From an uncultured bacterium (GTDB lineage: Bacteria > Patescibacteriota > Minisyncoccia > Phycocordibacterales > UBA9973): a stretch of DNA of 64,000 nt. Below, piece after piece: positions 10,001 to 18,674 of the stretch (within the stretch, counting starts at the first letter, position 1; the number at the start of each line of letters is the position of its first letter). The translations under genes and the position numbers were made by a program. The DNA lies in NCBI GenBank assembly GCA_903892035.1, contig CAITGV010000001.1:91624-155623 (forward strand), in the 5' to 3' direction. Below the pieces are notes generated by a model. The model did not search any database. It was given only the letters and a program-made list of their open reading frames with translations, and had not been told where the DNA came from.

Positions 10001-11630
10001 CTGTTTTCCCAAGTCTTAAGATTGGATTTTGGAAACCCTCGTTATCGTCAAGACGACGCACCTTGTTCATCGTTTCGGTAATTTTATCCTCAACGACATC
10101 AAGTGCCTCTTTCTTATCAGAAAGAACAAGTACCGATTGGTGATTTAAAATCGCGTCAAAAATAATCGCGGTGATTGTATGACTTTTACCAGTACCCGGG
10201 GGACCCTCTACGGTGATGTACTTACAGCCTGGCTTCCTGATCGCCGACAGAATTTGAATCTGCTCACTATTGAGTGGGATAGGGCTTTCAGAAACGAGCC
10301 TGTCGGGAATTGAGGCATCGTCCCATTCTTTCTCAACCTCTGGATTGAGGAGAATTGGATTCTTATGAATAAAGTCTTCGATGAGGGTGTTGAATATTTG
10401 AGCAAGCTCTCCCTCTTCCAAACTAAGTTGCTGGAGAATTTCCTCATAGTCATTCACAAGAGCTTCGTCCGATTTATCGAACAAGGAGAAATAAATTGAG
10501 TTTGAAGTTCTGACGCTCAAGCTTCTCGCTTGCTGGGGATCCTTGGAAGCGAGATCGATATTTTTATCAAGATCAAAAAGGTTAGTGATCTCGTTTAAGA
10601 TCGCTTCGAGCGTGTCGTTAGACTTACCCTGAGATAAGTAGATGATACGGTCAGTTACAGTTTTCAAATTACCCTTTGTTCCTTTTTCTTTGTTGTACTC
10701 TTGTACGATGAATTCGAGTGCCTTTTTGTTTATATAAATCTGTGAATCAAATTCAATTTTAAAAACATCATTGTCTCTTCGCAGGGAAAAAGGCGTATAG
10801 AAAATTGGGTACTTCGTTTTATCAAAAGTGATGTCGCAGAAGTAGAGGTAAAATTCTTGCTTATCTAAAATCGCCCTATTCTTATCAATTTCAAAAAGCT
10901 CACTAAAAAGGTCTCCCACTTGGAACGATTCAAAGAAAGTGTTTATCGCATTTTTTGCATCAGAAAGATCTATCACCGATTTGATCTCTTTTTGAACATT
11001 AACTTTCTGTCCCGAGATAAGCAATTTCAGAATTTCAGAAAGCTTATTCTCGATAAGCCTCAAGAATATCTCGGTCAATTCTTCCTCCATTAAAAAGATA
11101 TCGTTCTCATCACCAATACCGAGGCTTTCAACCGATTTTTCAATACTACCGACAAAAGGCAACACTAAGAAAGTTTTTATATGCACCGCGCTGTCCTCAA
11201 GAATCAATCCAAGGGCTTTATCATATTCCTTGGCGTACAAAGTAGCCGACTTTTCAAGATCGTCCGTGACGGCATTGATAAGCTCATTTATTTGAGAATT
11301 TTGAATTTTACCAACCTGCAGGCTGATCAAATCCAAAAGACTTTGGGGTAAATTACTCCTGTACACGCCCTTGCTGATCGTACTCAAAGCTGACTTGTCA
11401 AAACCGTGAGTGATTAGTTTCCAAATTTCTTTTGTGAATGAGGGATATTTTGAAAGGTTAATCCCAACGAGTAGATTGTCACTGGTTCGATATTTTATTG
11501 ACCTTTTAGGATTCTTCCTTTTGTGGAAATCCGTCTCAAGAAAGTCCATGAAATACTTCGCAACTTCTTTAACAAAAGTTAGGTTGCCAAGTCGCTCTTT
11601 CTCTTCAGACTGATTGGATTCGTTTTTCAT
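7074..11630 (-). CDS. 1518-aa multidomain protein: N-terminal DUF4011-like region, SF1B Upf1/DNA2-like helicase (AAA_11/AAA_12), DUF559/Vsr-like PD-(D/E)xK endonuclease, and two topoisomerase-I-type zinc ribbons
   Basis: Helicase motifs: Walker A GPPGTGKSH, motif II LVIIDEASQ, motif III ILGDKKQ, motif V TFDTCQGEERD, motif VI RLNVGFSRAK. DUF559 core: KVDFLLV...IVIEYDGFKEHF...GYKFLRINKFNI. C-terminal CPKC..CKYC and CPRC..GCSKFPYC zinc ribbons. Confidence 0.8.
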   Translation of the reverse strand: MKNESNQSEEKERLGNLTFVKEVAKYFMDFLETDFHKRKNPKRSIKYRTSDNLLVGINLSKYPSFTKEIWKLITHGFDKSALSTISKGVYRSNLPQSLLDLISLQVGKIQNSQINELINAVTDDLEKSATLYAKEYDKALGLILEDSAVHIKTFLVLPFVGSIEKSVESLGIGDENDIFLMEEELTEIFLRLIENKLSEILKLLISGQKVNVQKEIKSVIDLSDAKNAINTFFESFQVGDLFSELFEIDKNRAILDKQEFYLYFCDITFDKTKYPIFYTPFSLRRDNDVFKIEFDSQIYINKKALEFIVQEYNKEKGTKGNLKTVTDRIIYLSQGKSNDTLEAILNEITNLFDLDKNIDLASKDPQQARSLSVRTSNSIYFSLFDKSDEALVNDYEEILQQLSLEEGELAQIFNTLIEDFIHKNPILLNPEVEKEWDDASIPDRLVSESPIPLNSEQIQILSAIRKPGCKYITVEGPPGTGKSHTITAIIFDAILNHQSVLVLSDKKEALDVVEDKITETMNKVRRLDDNEGFQNPILRLGKTGNTYGQILAKSSIEKIKTHHRAVQKDFAAIEENISKLSNSLKEDIEAEALAYSEIDLKEISEFYSLEDFYSSHGYAFDLNELSQNESAIVFLGEFRSFILSLPQIFKNDCLSKILHVELETLKSKDILLNFLQILLAYYHLAQETYRRFGEDIQRISRLKVFAQKDLVNLKKWVRDCEEAKMPIVGYMFSGSKLQSLDNSFKELFPLVEYRIAHENIKELKQTIEIFDYFQALVAQSKLITEMSIDHVAVLVELVSSKTNFDEQEKIILSTEKEALSLFEEFDLCPASIQKLNISKEHFSGIFNSPLVTMSSLDFDRSARYPVLKASITSKFGSIPAMSYVSQKKELETLVTTQVTHVLDGRLIDFYNNNKADAETLREVIKNKMKFPKEQFLKLKDAFPCILAGIRDYAEYIPLNAGLFDLVIIDEASQVSIAQAFPALIRAKKVLILGDKKQFSNIKAAQAKSETNREYLNSLARVFRDQVSEEDSKLVKLGKFDIKTSILEFFEFITNYNTQLLKHFRGYKEIISYSNKYFYQGGLQVMKIRGKNIDDVIKFSFVDHDGKEESVPNSNRAEIDFIIKQLQTLYEAKTNQSVGIITPHTNQQKLLMEAISKLPERDFYFENLNLKIMTFDTCQGEERDIIFYSMVANENSDRLWGVFIKDFNSVDTEEDGKIKVQRLNVGFSRAKETIHFVLSKPLDKFSGSIGDALRHYYFILEEAKKEHDVSETDQKSKMEPEVLNWFYQTEFWKNNKENIEFFPQFEIGKYLKQLDRTYKHPHYKVDFLLVYKDENRNEHKIVIEYDGFKEHFSDLAEVNEFNYKEYYSEDDIYRQKVLESYGYKFLRINKFNIGANQISTLNERISGLIKNVRTSYNPVLTGIQETIEGLQNGDKKECPKCHEIREDVDFKNPKLISGRGKFCKYCKDLAQAVKDNKPAPVLSDKDCPRCRSKMILRNGKRGKFYGCSKFPYCKGTKAL

Positions 11631-11713
11631 TTATATCTTTACATTCTAGCATTTTTGATTTATTTTCTAAATCTTTAAAAATCGCCCCGCGCGGGGCGAT
11701 TTTTAATCGAAAC

Positions 11714-12340
11714 CTAAAGCCCGAGAGCTTTCATTTTTTCTCGGATATGAGGAGAACTTTTTGACTCTCTAGGAAATGACCCATCTTCATTAAAGAAAGA
11801 AATTTCTTTAGCTGAATGATTTGCTTTTTTGGGAAATAATAATGCAATTTTTTCTATGTCAGTGTATGGAGCAACTTCTAGCTTTTTACCCTCAATCTCT
11901 GGACTTTCTTTTATAAGTTTACCTACTGCTTCGGCAGCTACTTGCCAGTAGGTAGCGATTGCTATTTCGTGTTCAACAATAGATCCTTCGTGATATTTTT
12001 CTAGATGTTCCAATAATTCTTCAGTAGAATACCAAAGGATATCCCATTTGTGTGATCCTTCCGAATAGTCGATTTTTGTTGATTCTCCTAGCATGAGGAG
12101 AAATGCCAGTTTCAAGAGAGGAGTCCCATTTTCAGCGTGCATTGAAAACACATCAAGCCAGTTTCCCTCAAGTTTTCCATACAAGTGAGGGTAGTCTTTA
12201 AATCTCTCTTTCTTTTTCTGTTCATATTCAACATCGGACTTTTCGTTAGCAATTTCTGTTTTTTCATCCTCCTTTTGACGAAAAATACGCCAGAGTATAT
12301 ATGCTATTATCCCAAGAAGAATCACAATAAGTATTTCCAT
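11714..12340 (-). CDS. hypothetical protein with N-terminal TM helix
   Basis: Hydrophobic N-terminus (ILIVILLGIIAYILW). No recognised motif. Upstream of the helicase on the same strand. Confidence 0.4.
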   Translation of the reverse strand: MEILIVILLGIIAYILWRIFRQKEDEKTEIANEKSDVEYEQKKKERFKDYPHLYGKLEGNWLDVFSMHAENGTPLLKLAFLLMLGESTKIDYSEGSHKWDILWYSTEELLEHLEKYHEGSIVEHEIAIATYWQVAAEAVGKLIKESPEIEGKKLEVAPYTDIEKIALLFPKKANHSAKEISFFNEDGSFPRESKSSPHIREKMKALGL

Positions 12341-12403
12341 ATCTTTATATTAGCAGAAAGCGACCCCGCTATAAAGCTCTAATTCTAAGCGTCTTGAACC
12401 AAC

Positions 12404-12431
12404 TAAAAAGCACCCAATCGGGTGCTTTTTA
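12404..12431. terminator. bidirectional rho-independent terminator hairpin
   Basis: AAAAAGCACCC-AATC-GGGTGCTTTTT. Confidence 0.55.
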
Positions 12432-12582
12432 GTTCTGAATACCGCTCTCAGCGGGTATGCTATTACTGAATAGATCCATTGAGTGGTTCGAGTCCAGAGA
12501 TGGTCATTGATTTTAGGATTTTTAGAGATTTCTAAAACCTTTATAAATCAACGCTCTCTGAGCGAACGAACTGCGCTCAACT

Positions 12583-12656
12583 TGGCTGCCGGACTTGGAC
12601 TCGAACCAAAATGACCACTTTCAGAGAGTGGCATCCTACCATTAGATGATCCGGCA
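12583..12656 (-). tRNA. tRNA-Gln (anticodon CUG)
   Basis: Hand-folded cloverleaf. Acceptor UGCCGGA/UCCGGCA, D-arm AUCU..GGAU, anticodon stem CCACU/AGUGG with loop CUCUGAA, T-arm UUUGG-UUCGAGU-CCAAG. G73 discriminator and encoded CCA. Confidence 0.8.
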
Positions 12657-12728
12657 ATGGTAAAAGCATTCTTACAATACCTTAAAAATGGCCTTTTTTC
12701 AAGGTCAAAAATCTGCTACACTCAAGTA

Positions 12729-13421
12729 ATGCCTGCACCAAAACACATTGTAATATTTTCACATGGATTCGGTACAAAAAAGGATGACCGAGGATTACTT
12801 TCTGGTGAACACGGAATTGCAGAAGCTTTACAAGAACAAGGTATCGAAACAATACTTTTCGACTACAATGATGTAAATGAAGATACTCAATACATTACAG
12901 TACGACCACTAAGTATTCAAATAAAAATGCTTGCAGATGTAATAGCTGAAAGTAGAGAGAGAAACGAAGATGTAATAATTGATATCATAGCTCATTCACA
13001 AGGTTGCATAACTCCTGCGAAACTAATGCCAGAAGGTATTCGCAAAATAATTTTCGTGGCCCCTTCGCTCGATGTAAACAACCAAAGAATGATAGACCAA
13101 TTCAAAGACCGCCCAGGAACGATAATAGATCTTGAAGGAACATCAACTTTTGGAGGACGCAAAGATGGAACTACAACTATTGTTCCAAAAGAATATTGGG
13201 TAGAAAGAGGGAATGCTCTGCCAATTCCCCTATTTAATGCGCTATCTAAAATTACAGAACTAACAATGATTCGGCCAAATCAAGATGACATTTTAGGAAA
13301 TATGAGCATTGATGGGCTCTCAAAAGAAATCAAAGTAATCTATCTCGATGGTAATCATGGTTTCCATGGAGAAAAAGATAGAACAAAATTAATTGAGACT
13401 ATAAAAAATATTTTAATTTAA
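12729..13421 (+). CDS. alpha/beta-hydrolase fold protein (ORF open from 12657)
   Basis: HGFG oxyanion motif and AHSQG nucleophile elbow (GxSxG). Confidence 0.55.
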   Translation: MPAPKHIVIFSHGFGTKKDDRGLLSGEHGIAEALQEQGIETILFDYNDVNEDTQYITVRPLSIQIKMLADVIAESRERNEDVIIDIIAHSQGCITPAKLMPEGIRKIIFVAPSLDVNNQRMIDQFKDRPGTIIDLEGTSTFGGRKDGTTTIVPKEYWVERGNALPIPLFNALSKITELTMIRPNQDDILGNMSIDGLSKEIKVIYLDGNHGFHGEKDRTKLIETIKNILI

Positions 13422-13425
13422 TTTT

Positions 13426-15402
13426 TTATTTCTTCTCACCTCTGACTAGGACTTGAAGCAAGAGGTCGAGTTTGATTGTAGCGACGCCGGTGACGCGGTC
13501 GCCACCGCCGTAATAGATATAGAGTAAACCGTCGCGTTCGGTAATGCCACAAGGAAATACGACATTGTTTACTATTCCATTTTTTTCATAATCTTCCTCT
13601 GGTTCAAATATCGGGTCTGTCGTACGAGAGATGACAATTGCAGGGTCTTTTTTATCAAGCAAAACTGCGCCGACGCGGTATGTGCTGTGGCTTTTTGAAA
13701 CACCGTGATAAAGAAGGAGCCAACCGTATTTTGTCTTTATCGGTGGTGCCGCGATGCCAACTTTGAGCCCATCCCAAGCATTTACGCGTGGACCAAAAAT
13801 TCGAATGCATTTTTTAACACTATCTTTTTTGAAATCTAAGGAATGCAAATAGTCTCCGCAAACTTGCTCCCCTACGCGGTGCATCACCATATATCCACCT
13901 TGAACTTTTTCTGGAAATATACAAGTATCTTTGTCGTCAAAACCATTTGGAGTAATTAGAATTGGTTTTTCCCATTTCCAATTTTTTGCAAGAAAATCTT
14001 TTTCAGTTATTGAAGTCACAGCTACGCGTGGTGGGCCGATGCTGTCATAAGCTGTATAACACATATAAATAATTTTCCCAATTTGCGTAATGCGTGGGTC
14101 TTCACAACCAGAATTTGCACCGGTAATTTTTTTTATTTCAAAATCCTCATGTGGAGAATAAATAGGCTCCGTTAAGCGTTCAAAAATAGTCACCCCGTCT
14201 TTACTTGAAGCATAACCGATATACGAAGTATTGTCGCCAGAAAGTGCGCGGTAAAGGATGTAAGTCATTTTACCAATTTTTATTGCTGCAGGATTAAATA
14301 CTGCTTTTGACTCCCATTCATGCTCAGGTATAGGTAAAAGAATAGGATTATTTTTATATCTTTTGCATTGCCAATCACCCTCTGTCTCACTTCTCATAGT
14401 AGAAAGTAAATCATTTACATCCACACTTGCTCTACATGCTGTAGTATCACTTGCGCCATAATAAATATGCAATGTTCTATCTTCCAATATAGCTCCACTT
14501 GGAAAAACAATATTTGAAATGTGCCCTGTAAGTTCATACGACTCAGTTGGAACTAAAATTGGGCCTTTTGTGCGAGCCAAAATTTTATGTGCATCATTTC
14601 TATCCATCAACAATGCTTCAATACCAAAAATACGATCCTGATTATTTCCACTTTGAAAATAATTTTCTATATATGAATATAAAAGTAGCCAACCATATTT
14701 TGTTTTTACTGGCACTGCCCCAACTTCAGTATGGTCGTATTGTGAGCGAAGAGGATTTACAAGAACATGCTTTTCCAAATCTTCATTCCATTTATCCCAA
14801 AATTCTTTTTTCCAAAAATCTTCCACATTATTTGCTTCTGCAATTGCAATTTTTGCTGGAGGGCTGTCTGTATGAATTGTTAAAATTAAAATTACTTTTC
14901 CGTTTATTCTTTCAGGAAAAAGTGCTGCAGCTTTTGCATTAAAAGGTGTTACCAAATGTCTTTCATCAACTTTTTCTAAATTCTTTGAAATTGCTACTGC
15001 AACTTTTATATTTTCTGCAGAAAATGGATACCCACCAAGAGCAGTGTAGAATGTATAATATTTTCCTTCAAAAAAAGTCACGCGCGGGTCCTCGCAACCA
15101 TATTTCTCCCACTCTGCTTCTGGCACAATAAATTGCCTTCTATCTTCAAAATGCACTCCGTCTTTCCCCTGCCCAATACCTATCACAGAAACTTGTTCTG
15201 GTTTTCGCATTTTGTCTGGCAAGGACATTGCGCGATATAGTCCATAATAATTTTTTCCAATTTTTATTGGTGAAAGATTGAAAGTCGCCGAAGATTCCCA
15301 GTAATGGTCTCTATCTGGAACAAGTATTGGATTGTGATGTGAGCGTTTTACGACGTACATATTATTTTTTCTTTTTAACTTCTTGTGTAGAAAATTTTGC
15401 AC
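13426..15402 (-). CDS. tandem GH130-family glycoside (mannoside) phosphorylase-like protein with two beta-propeller domains
   Basis: Two repeats of the GH130/DUF377 pattern (GCEDPR, YGWLLLYH, YYGxxD). Confidence 0.55.
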   Translation of the reverse strand: MQNFLHKKLKRKNNMYVVKRSHHNPILVPDRDHYWESSATFNLSPIKIGKNYYGLYRAMSLPDKMRKPEQVSVIGIGQGKDGVHFEDRRQFIVPEAEWEKYGCEDPRVTFFEGKYYTFYTALGGYPFSAENIKVAVAISKNLEKVDERHLVTPFNAKAAALFPERINGKVILILTIHTDSPPAKIAIAEANNVEDFWKKEFWDKWNEDLEKHVLVNPLRSQYDHTEVGAVPVKTKYGWLLLYSYIENYFQSGNNQDRIFGIEALLMDRNDAHKILARTKGPILVPTESYELTGHISNIVFPSGAILEDRTLHIYYGASDTTACRASVDVNDLLSTMRSETEGDWQCKRYKNNPILLPIPEHEWESKAVFNPAAIKIGKMTYILYRALSGDNTSYIGYASSKDGVTIFERLTEPIYSPHEDFEIKKITGANSGCEDPRITQIGKIIYMCYTAYDSIGPPRVAVTSITEKDFLAKNWKWEKPILITPNGFDDKDTCIFPEKVQGGYMVMHRVGEQVCGDYLHSLDFKKDSVKKCIRIFGPRVNAWDGLKVGIAAPPIKTKYGWLLLYHGVSKSHSTYRVGAVLLDKKDPAIVISRTTDPIFEPEEDYEKNGIVNNVVFPCGITERDGLLYIYYGGGDRVTGVATIKLDLLLQVLVRGEKK

Positions 15403-16591
15403 TAATATTTTTAATTAATTCATTTAGAAAATCATCAAGCTTTGCAGTTGCGACACAAGCGACAGTATCTGCCCCACCGTAATACACAAAAAGCTTTCCA
15501 CTTTTCACCACTGCCCCACAACAGTATACAACCCCCCACTTGTGACCATTGTTCTCATACCACTCATCTGGAGCAAGGACTGATTCACGACTGCGATATA
15601 GTACTTTTTTCGGATCTTTTTCATCTAAAATCATTGCAAAAAGTTTATAACGATTTGGATCATTTTGCTCCATCGCATGATATAGCACAAGCCACCCGTA
15701 TTTTGTTTTTATTGGTGCTGGGCCCACTCCACGAATTCCCCTATCGCGAAGTTGCCACAAAGGGCTATCTTGATGCAAACTATGAATAAATTTTTTACCA
15801 TCGAAAGCATCGAGGCTCTCGACATAGTCAATCATTATTTCAGGAGAAATTGCATGAAGGATTGCATATTTACCATTTATTTTCTCCGGGAAAATTACCC
15901 AATTTTTCTGAACTTCACCCGGCGGAGAAATCATCACCGATTTTTTCCAAGCCCAATTTTTTAAAATTAAATTTCGAAGCGTTATTGAAGTGAGAGCAAT
16001 ACGCACAGAACCCCAGCCATCAAATGCTGTATAGAGCATATAAACTTTCCCATTTATTAAAGTTAGTCGTGGATCTTCGCACCCCCCACTCCATCCACCA
16101 CCAGATACATATGAAATAGGTTTATTTTTTTTATTTGTTTTTACGTAAACTCGCGTAAAAACTGGCATTCCAGATTTCTCAATAATACTTTCTCCATCGA
16201 GACTCAAAGCATAGCCCAATGCTGAAGTATCTCCCACGCCTATTGCACGGTATATGATGTGCACTTTGCCATCATGCTCTACTGCGGAAGGATTGAATGT
16301 AGCTACTGATTCCCAATTTGGATAATGCGAAGGAGAAATAATAGGGTTATTTGTGGCTCTTACTAACTTCAGTGGTGATACTACTATCTTTTTCTTTATT
16401 ACTTTTTTTGTAATTTTTTTAATTACTTTCTTTACTATCTTTTTTTTAATTACAATTTTCTTTTTTAGAATAACTTTTTTCTTAACAAATACTTTCTTTT
16501 TTGAGACAGTTTTTTTCTTAGAAATTACTTTTTTCTTTTTGAAGATTTTCTGTACAACTTTTTTAATTTTTTTCTTTTTTAAAATTACCAT
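15362..16591 (-). CDS. GH130-family glycoside phosphorylase-like protein with a ~80-aa Lys/Val/Ile-rich N-terminal extension
   Basis: CEDPR, YGWLVLYHA and VYYGGADT motifs. The N-terminus is a periodic KKKVxxKK repeat. Confidence 0.55.
   Translation of the reverse strand: MVILKKKKIKKVVQKIFKKKKVISKKKTVSKKKVFVKKKVILKKKIVIKKKIVKKVIKKITKKVIKKKIVVSPLKLVRATNNPIISPSHYPNWESVATFNPSAVEHDGKVHIIYRAIGVGDTSALGYALSLDGESIIEKSGMPVFTRVYVKTNKKNKPISYVSGGGWSGGCEDPRLTLINGKVYMLYTAFDGWGSVRIALTSITLRNLILKNWAWKKSVMISPPGEVQKNWVIFPEKINGKYAILHAISPEIMIDYVESLDAFDGKKFIHSLHQDSPLWQLRDRGIRGVGPAPIKTKYGWLVLYHAMEQNDPNRYKLFAMILDEKDPKKVLYRSRESVLAPDEWYENNGHKWGVVYCCGAVVKSGKLFVYYGGADTVACVATAKLDDFLNELIKNISAKFSTQEVKKKK
16356..16588. repeat. 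low-complexity poly-A/T coding repeat encoding the Lys-rich tail
   Basis: Seen directly as periodic tttttctt/aaa tracts. Confidence 0.6.
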
Positions 16592-16592
16592 T

Positions 16593-17360
16593 TTATTTTG
16601 AGATAAGTTTTTTTATGACTTTTTCGGTTTCTTTTGGACCAGAAACTTCTACACAATCTGCTCCGGAAGCCCTTGCTGGAAAATCATTTCCACCAGGCTC
16701 GAGTTTATCACCCACAAACATAATATCACTTTTAATCACCCCAAGATAGGAAATAATTTTATTTATTGAATAAGCCTTATCAATCCCCTTTCTTGTCACA
16801 TCAATAGTACTCATTCCACCCAAGCTTATTGAAAAATCAGGTAAAAATGGAAGCATTACATCTCGAAGTGCACTTCTCTTTTCCATTTTTGGGTCCCATA
16901 CAGATTTTATTTCGATCGGTGCACTTTGCCCGCATCCAGAAAATGAAATTTGTGTTGCTCTATCTTCTATCACAGGGCCATATGAAGGAGTAGGTAAAAT
17001 TATTTTTGTTTGTTTCAAGGCTTCGTTCCATGCGTGCATTATTTTTGTTTTTTCGTCAGTATTCAATAATTCTTCATATTCACAAACCCAATTATTATCC
17101 TTATATAAATATAAGGAACTTCCATTTGTTGGGAATAAATATAAATGATTTTTCAATCCATCACCTATGTGGCCAAGTCCATCTAGAATTTGTTTTTGAT
17201 ATTGAGGAAATGCTCCACCAGAAACAATTGCAACGTAATGCTCTTCCAAAAGAGAGCTCAGTAAATCAGACATTTCAATGGTCATTTTTGACTTACTTTC
17301 AGTGAGAGTACCGTCGAGGTCAAAAACCACAACTTTATATTTTTTTTGATCTGGAATCAT
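16593..17360 (-). CDS. HAD-superfamily hydrolase, eukaryotic-type phosphomannomutase-like
   Basis: VVFDLDGTLT motif I, size ~255 aa, and context with the PMI cupin and GH130 genes. Confidence 0.5.
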   Translation of the reverse strand: MIPDQKKYKVVVFDLDGTLTESKSKMTIEMSDLLSSLLEEHYVAIVSGGAFPQYQKQILDGLGHIGDGLKNHLYLFPTNGSSLYLYKDNNWVCEYEELLNTDEKTKIMHAWNEALKQTKIILPTPSYGPVIEDRATQISFSGCGQSAPIEIKSVWDPKMEKRSALRDVMLPFLPDFSISLGGMSTIDVTRKGIDKAYSINKIISYLGVIKSDIMFVGDKLEPGGNDFPARASGADCVEVSGPKETEKVIKKLISK

Positions 17361-17845
17361 TTTTTTGTTTTTTTCTTTTTTGCATTAATTTTTGCTTTCG
17401 TACTTTTTTCAACAAGCAAAGAAGAGCTCTGGACTTTTCCACCGTGTCCAATGTCGTTCACGATTTTGCATCCAATTTCTTCACAAACCAAAACTTCAGG
17501 TGTAGGAATATTTCCAGTGTGACGATCGCCACCTTTTGCGAAAATATGTGGTCGTAGTGTTCGTAAATCATTACTAATACTTATATCTTTTGTATTTTTT
17601 TTATGAGAACTCAATATTACCCTATCGACTGCCTGAAATGCTTCAATAATTTCCTTGCGCTCGTGTTCTGGCATGAAAACATAACCTTTTTTTAATTTCA
17701 ACCAATTGTCATTGTTTATTACAACCACCAATTCGTCGCCAAGTTTTTTTGCTTCTTCAAACATACGCACATGCCCAATATGCACAGGATCGAAACCACC
17801 CGAGACCATCACAATTTTTTTCTTTTTACTTGTTTTCTCTGCCAT
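17357..17845 (-). CDS. HIGH-motif nucleotidyltransferase (cytidylyl/adenylyltransferase, RfaE domain II-like)
   Basis: GGFDPVHIGH motif. Resembles the heptose-1-P adenylyltransferase domain. Confidence 0.55.
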   Translation of the reverse strand: MAEKTSKKKKIVMVSGGFDPVHIGHVRMFEEAKKLGDELVVVINNDNWLKLKKGYVFMPEHERKEIIEAFQAVDRVILSSHKKNTKDISISNDLRTLRPHIFAKGGDRHTGNIPTPEVLVCEEIGCKIVNDIGHGGKVQSSSLLVEKSTKAKINAKKKKTKK

Positions 17846-18179
17846 AAATATCTTCGATTCTTACAATGTCTTCTTCGTCAAAATCTCCATATGCAATTTC
17901 TAAAATTTGAGCTTCATCTCCCCCACCTGCAAGTCTATGATGTTGCATTTTCTCAATTTTAAATTCATCACCTGGTTTTGCAGAAATTGTCTCTTCGCCA
18001 ATTGTGACTTTGGGATGTCCTGAAATTACACGCCAAAATTCTTCACGGTTGTGGTGATATTGCAAACTTAAAACTCCATCAGCTTTTACTGTAATAATTT
18101 TTACAGTAGTTATTTCATTATGAGTAAATTGTTCAAACTTACCCCATGGTCTTTCCACTACAAGTGTTTTCATATACAC
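17826..18179 (-). CDS. cupin-domain protein, mannose-6-phosphate isomerase type II-like
   Basis: Cupin motifs (HHNREEFWRVISG ... PGDEFKIEKMQHHR). Confidence 0.5.
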   Translation of the reverse strand: MYMKTLVVERPWGKFEQFTHNEITTVKIITVKADGVLSLQYHHNREEFWRVISGHPKVTIGEETISAKPGDEFKIEKMQHHRLAGGGDEAQILEIAYGDFDEEDIVRIEDIYGRENK

Positions 18180-18190
18180 ATAATAGCAAA

Positions 18191-18235
18191 TAAAAAGAAC
18201 CCCGTCATTCGTGAATAATGGGGTTCTTTTTATTT
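18191..18235. terminator. bidirectional rho-independent terminator
   Basis: AAAAAGAACCCCG-(loop)-CGGGGTTCTTTTT. Confidence 0.65.
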
Positions 18236-18249
18236 GCTATTTTACAGAT

Positions 18250-18582
18250 TTATTTTGTAGTTGAAGTAGATGCTGGGGCTGGAAGCTCGGAAATAGGAGC
18301 AATCTGCCATCCTCCACCTTGTCCATAACCAGAGTAGTCAGACATCATAGAACGGCGGTGATGAGAACCACTGTATCCATTTTCAAATGAACCCTTCATT
18401 TCACCTATTTTTTCACCAACACAGAAAACAAATGTTAAAATGAATATAACTAAAATCATTTTAATCAAGTTAAAATGACCATGCATTTTCTTTCCACACA
18501 TTGAACCCATGCCGTATTGCTTACATTCACAACCTCCGCATGAATTTCCTTCTTTATTTTCACCACATGTATTGTTACACAT
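18250..18582 (-). CDS. Cys-rich N-terminus plus TM hypothetical protein
   Basis: CxxxC/CGGCEC cluster, a TM helix, and a Gly/Ser-rich C-terminus. Confidence 0.35.
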   Translation of the reverse strand: MCNNTCGENKEGNSCGGCECKQYGMGSMCGKKMHGHFNLIKMILVIFILTFVFCVGEKIGEMKGSFENGYSGSHHRRSMMSDYSGYGQGGGWQIAPISELPAPASTSTTK

Positions 18583-18674
18583 ATATATTTTTTATAATTA
18601 ACTAATAAAAAGTCTTTTGTACGTATATTATACTACCTATTTCTATTTTGACCAAAATAAGGTAATCTCTATCT

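Noticed and set aside
12468-12520. Possible second tRNA on the + strand (GGTTCGAGTCC T-loop-like motif)
   Set aside because: It cannot be folded into acceptor, D and anticodon arms. It is treated as a tRNA-derived fragment only.
16350-16591. T/A-rich quasi-periodic DNA that looked at first like a repeat array or CRISPR candidate
   Set aside because: There are no conserved direct repeats with unique spacers. It is the coding sequence for a Lys-rich protein tail on the minus strand.
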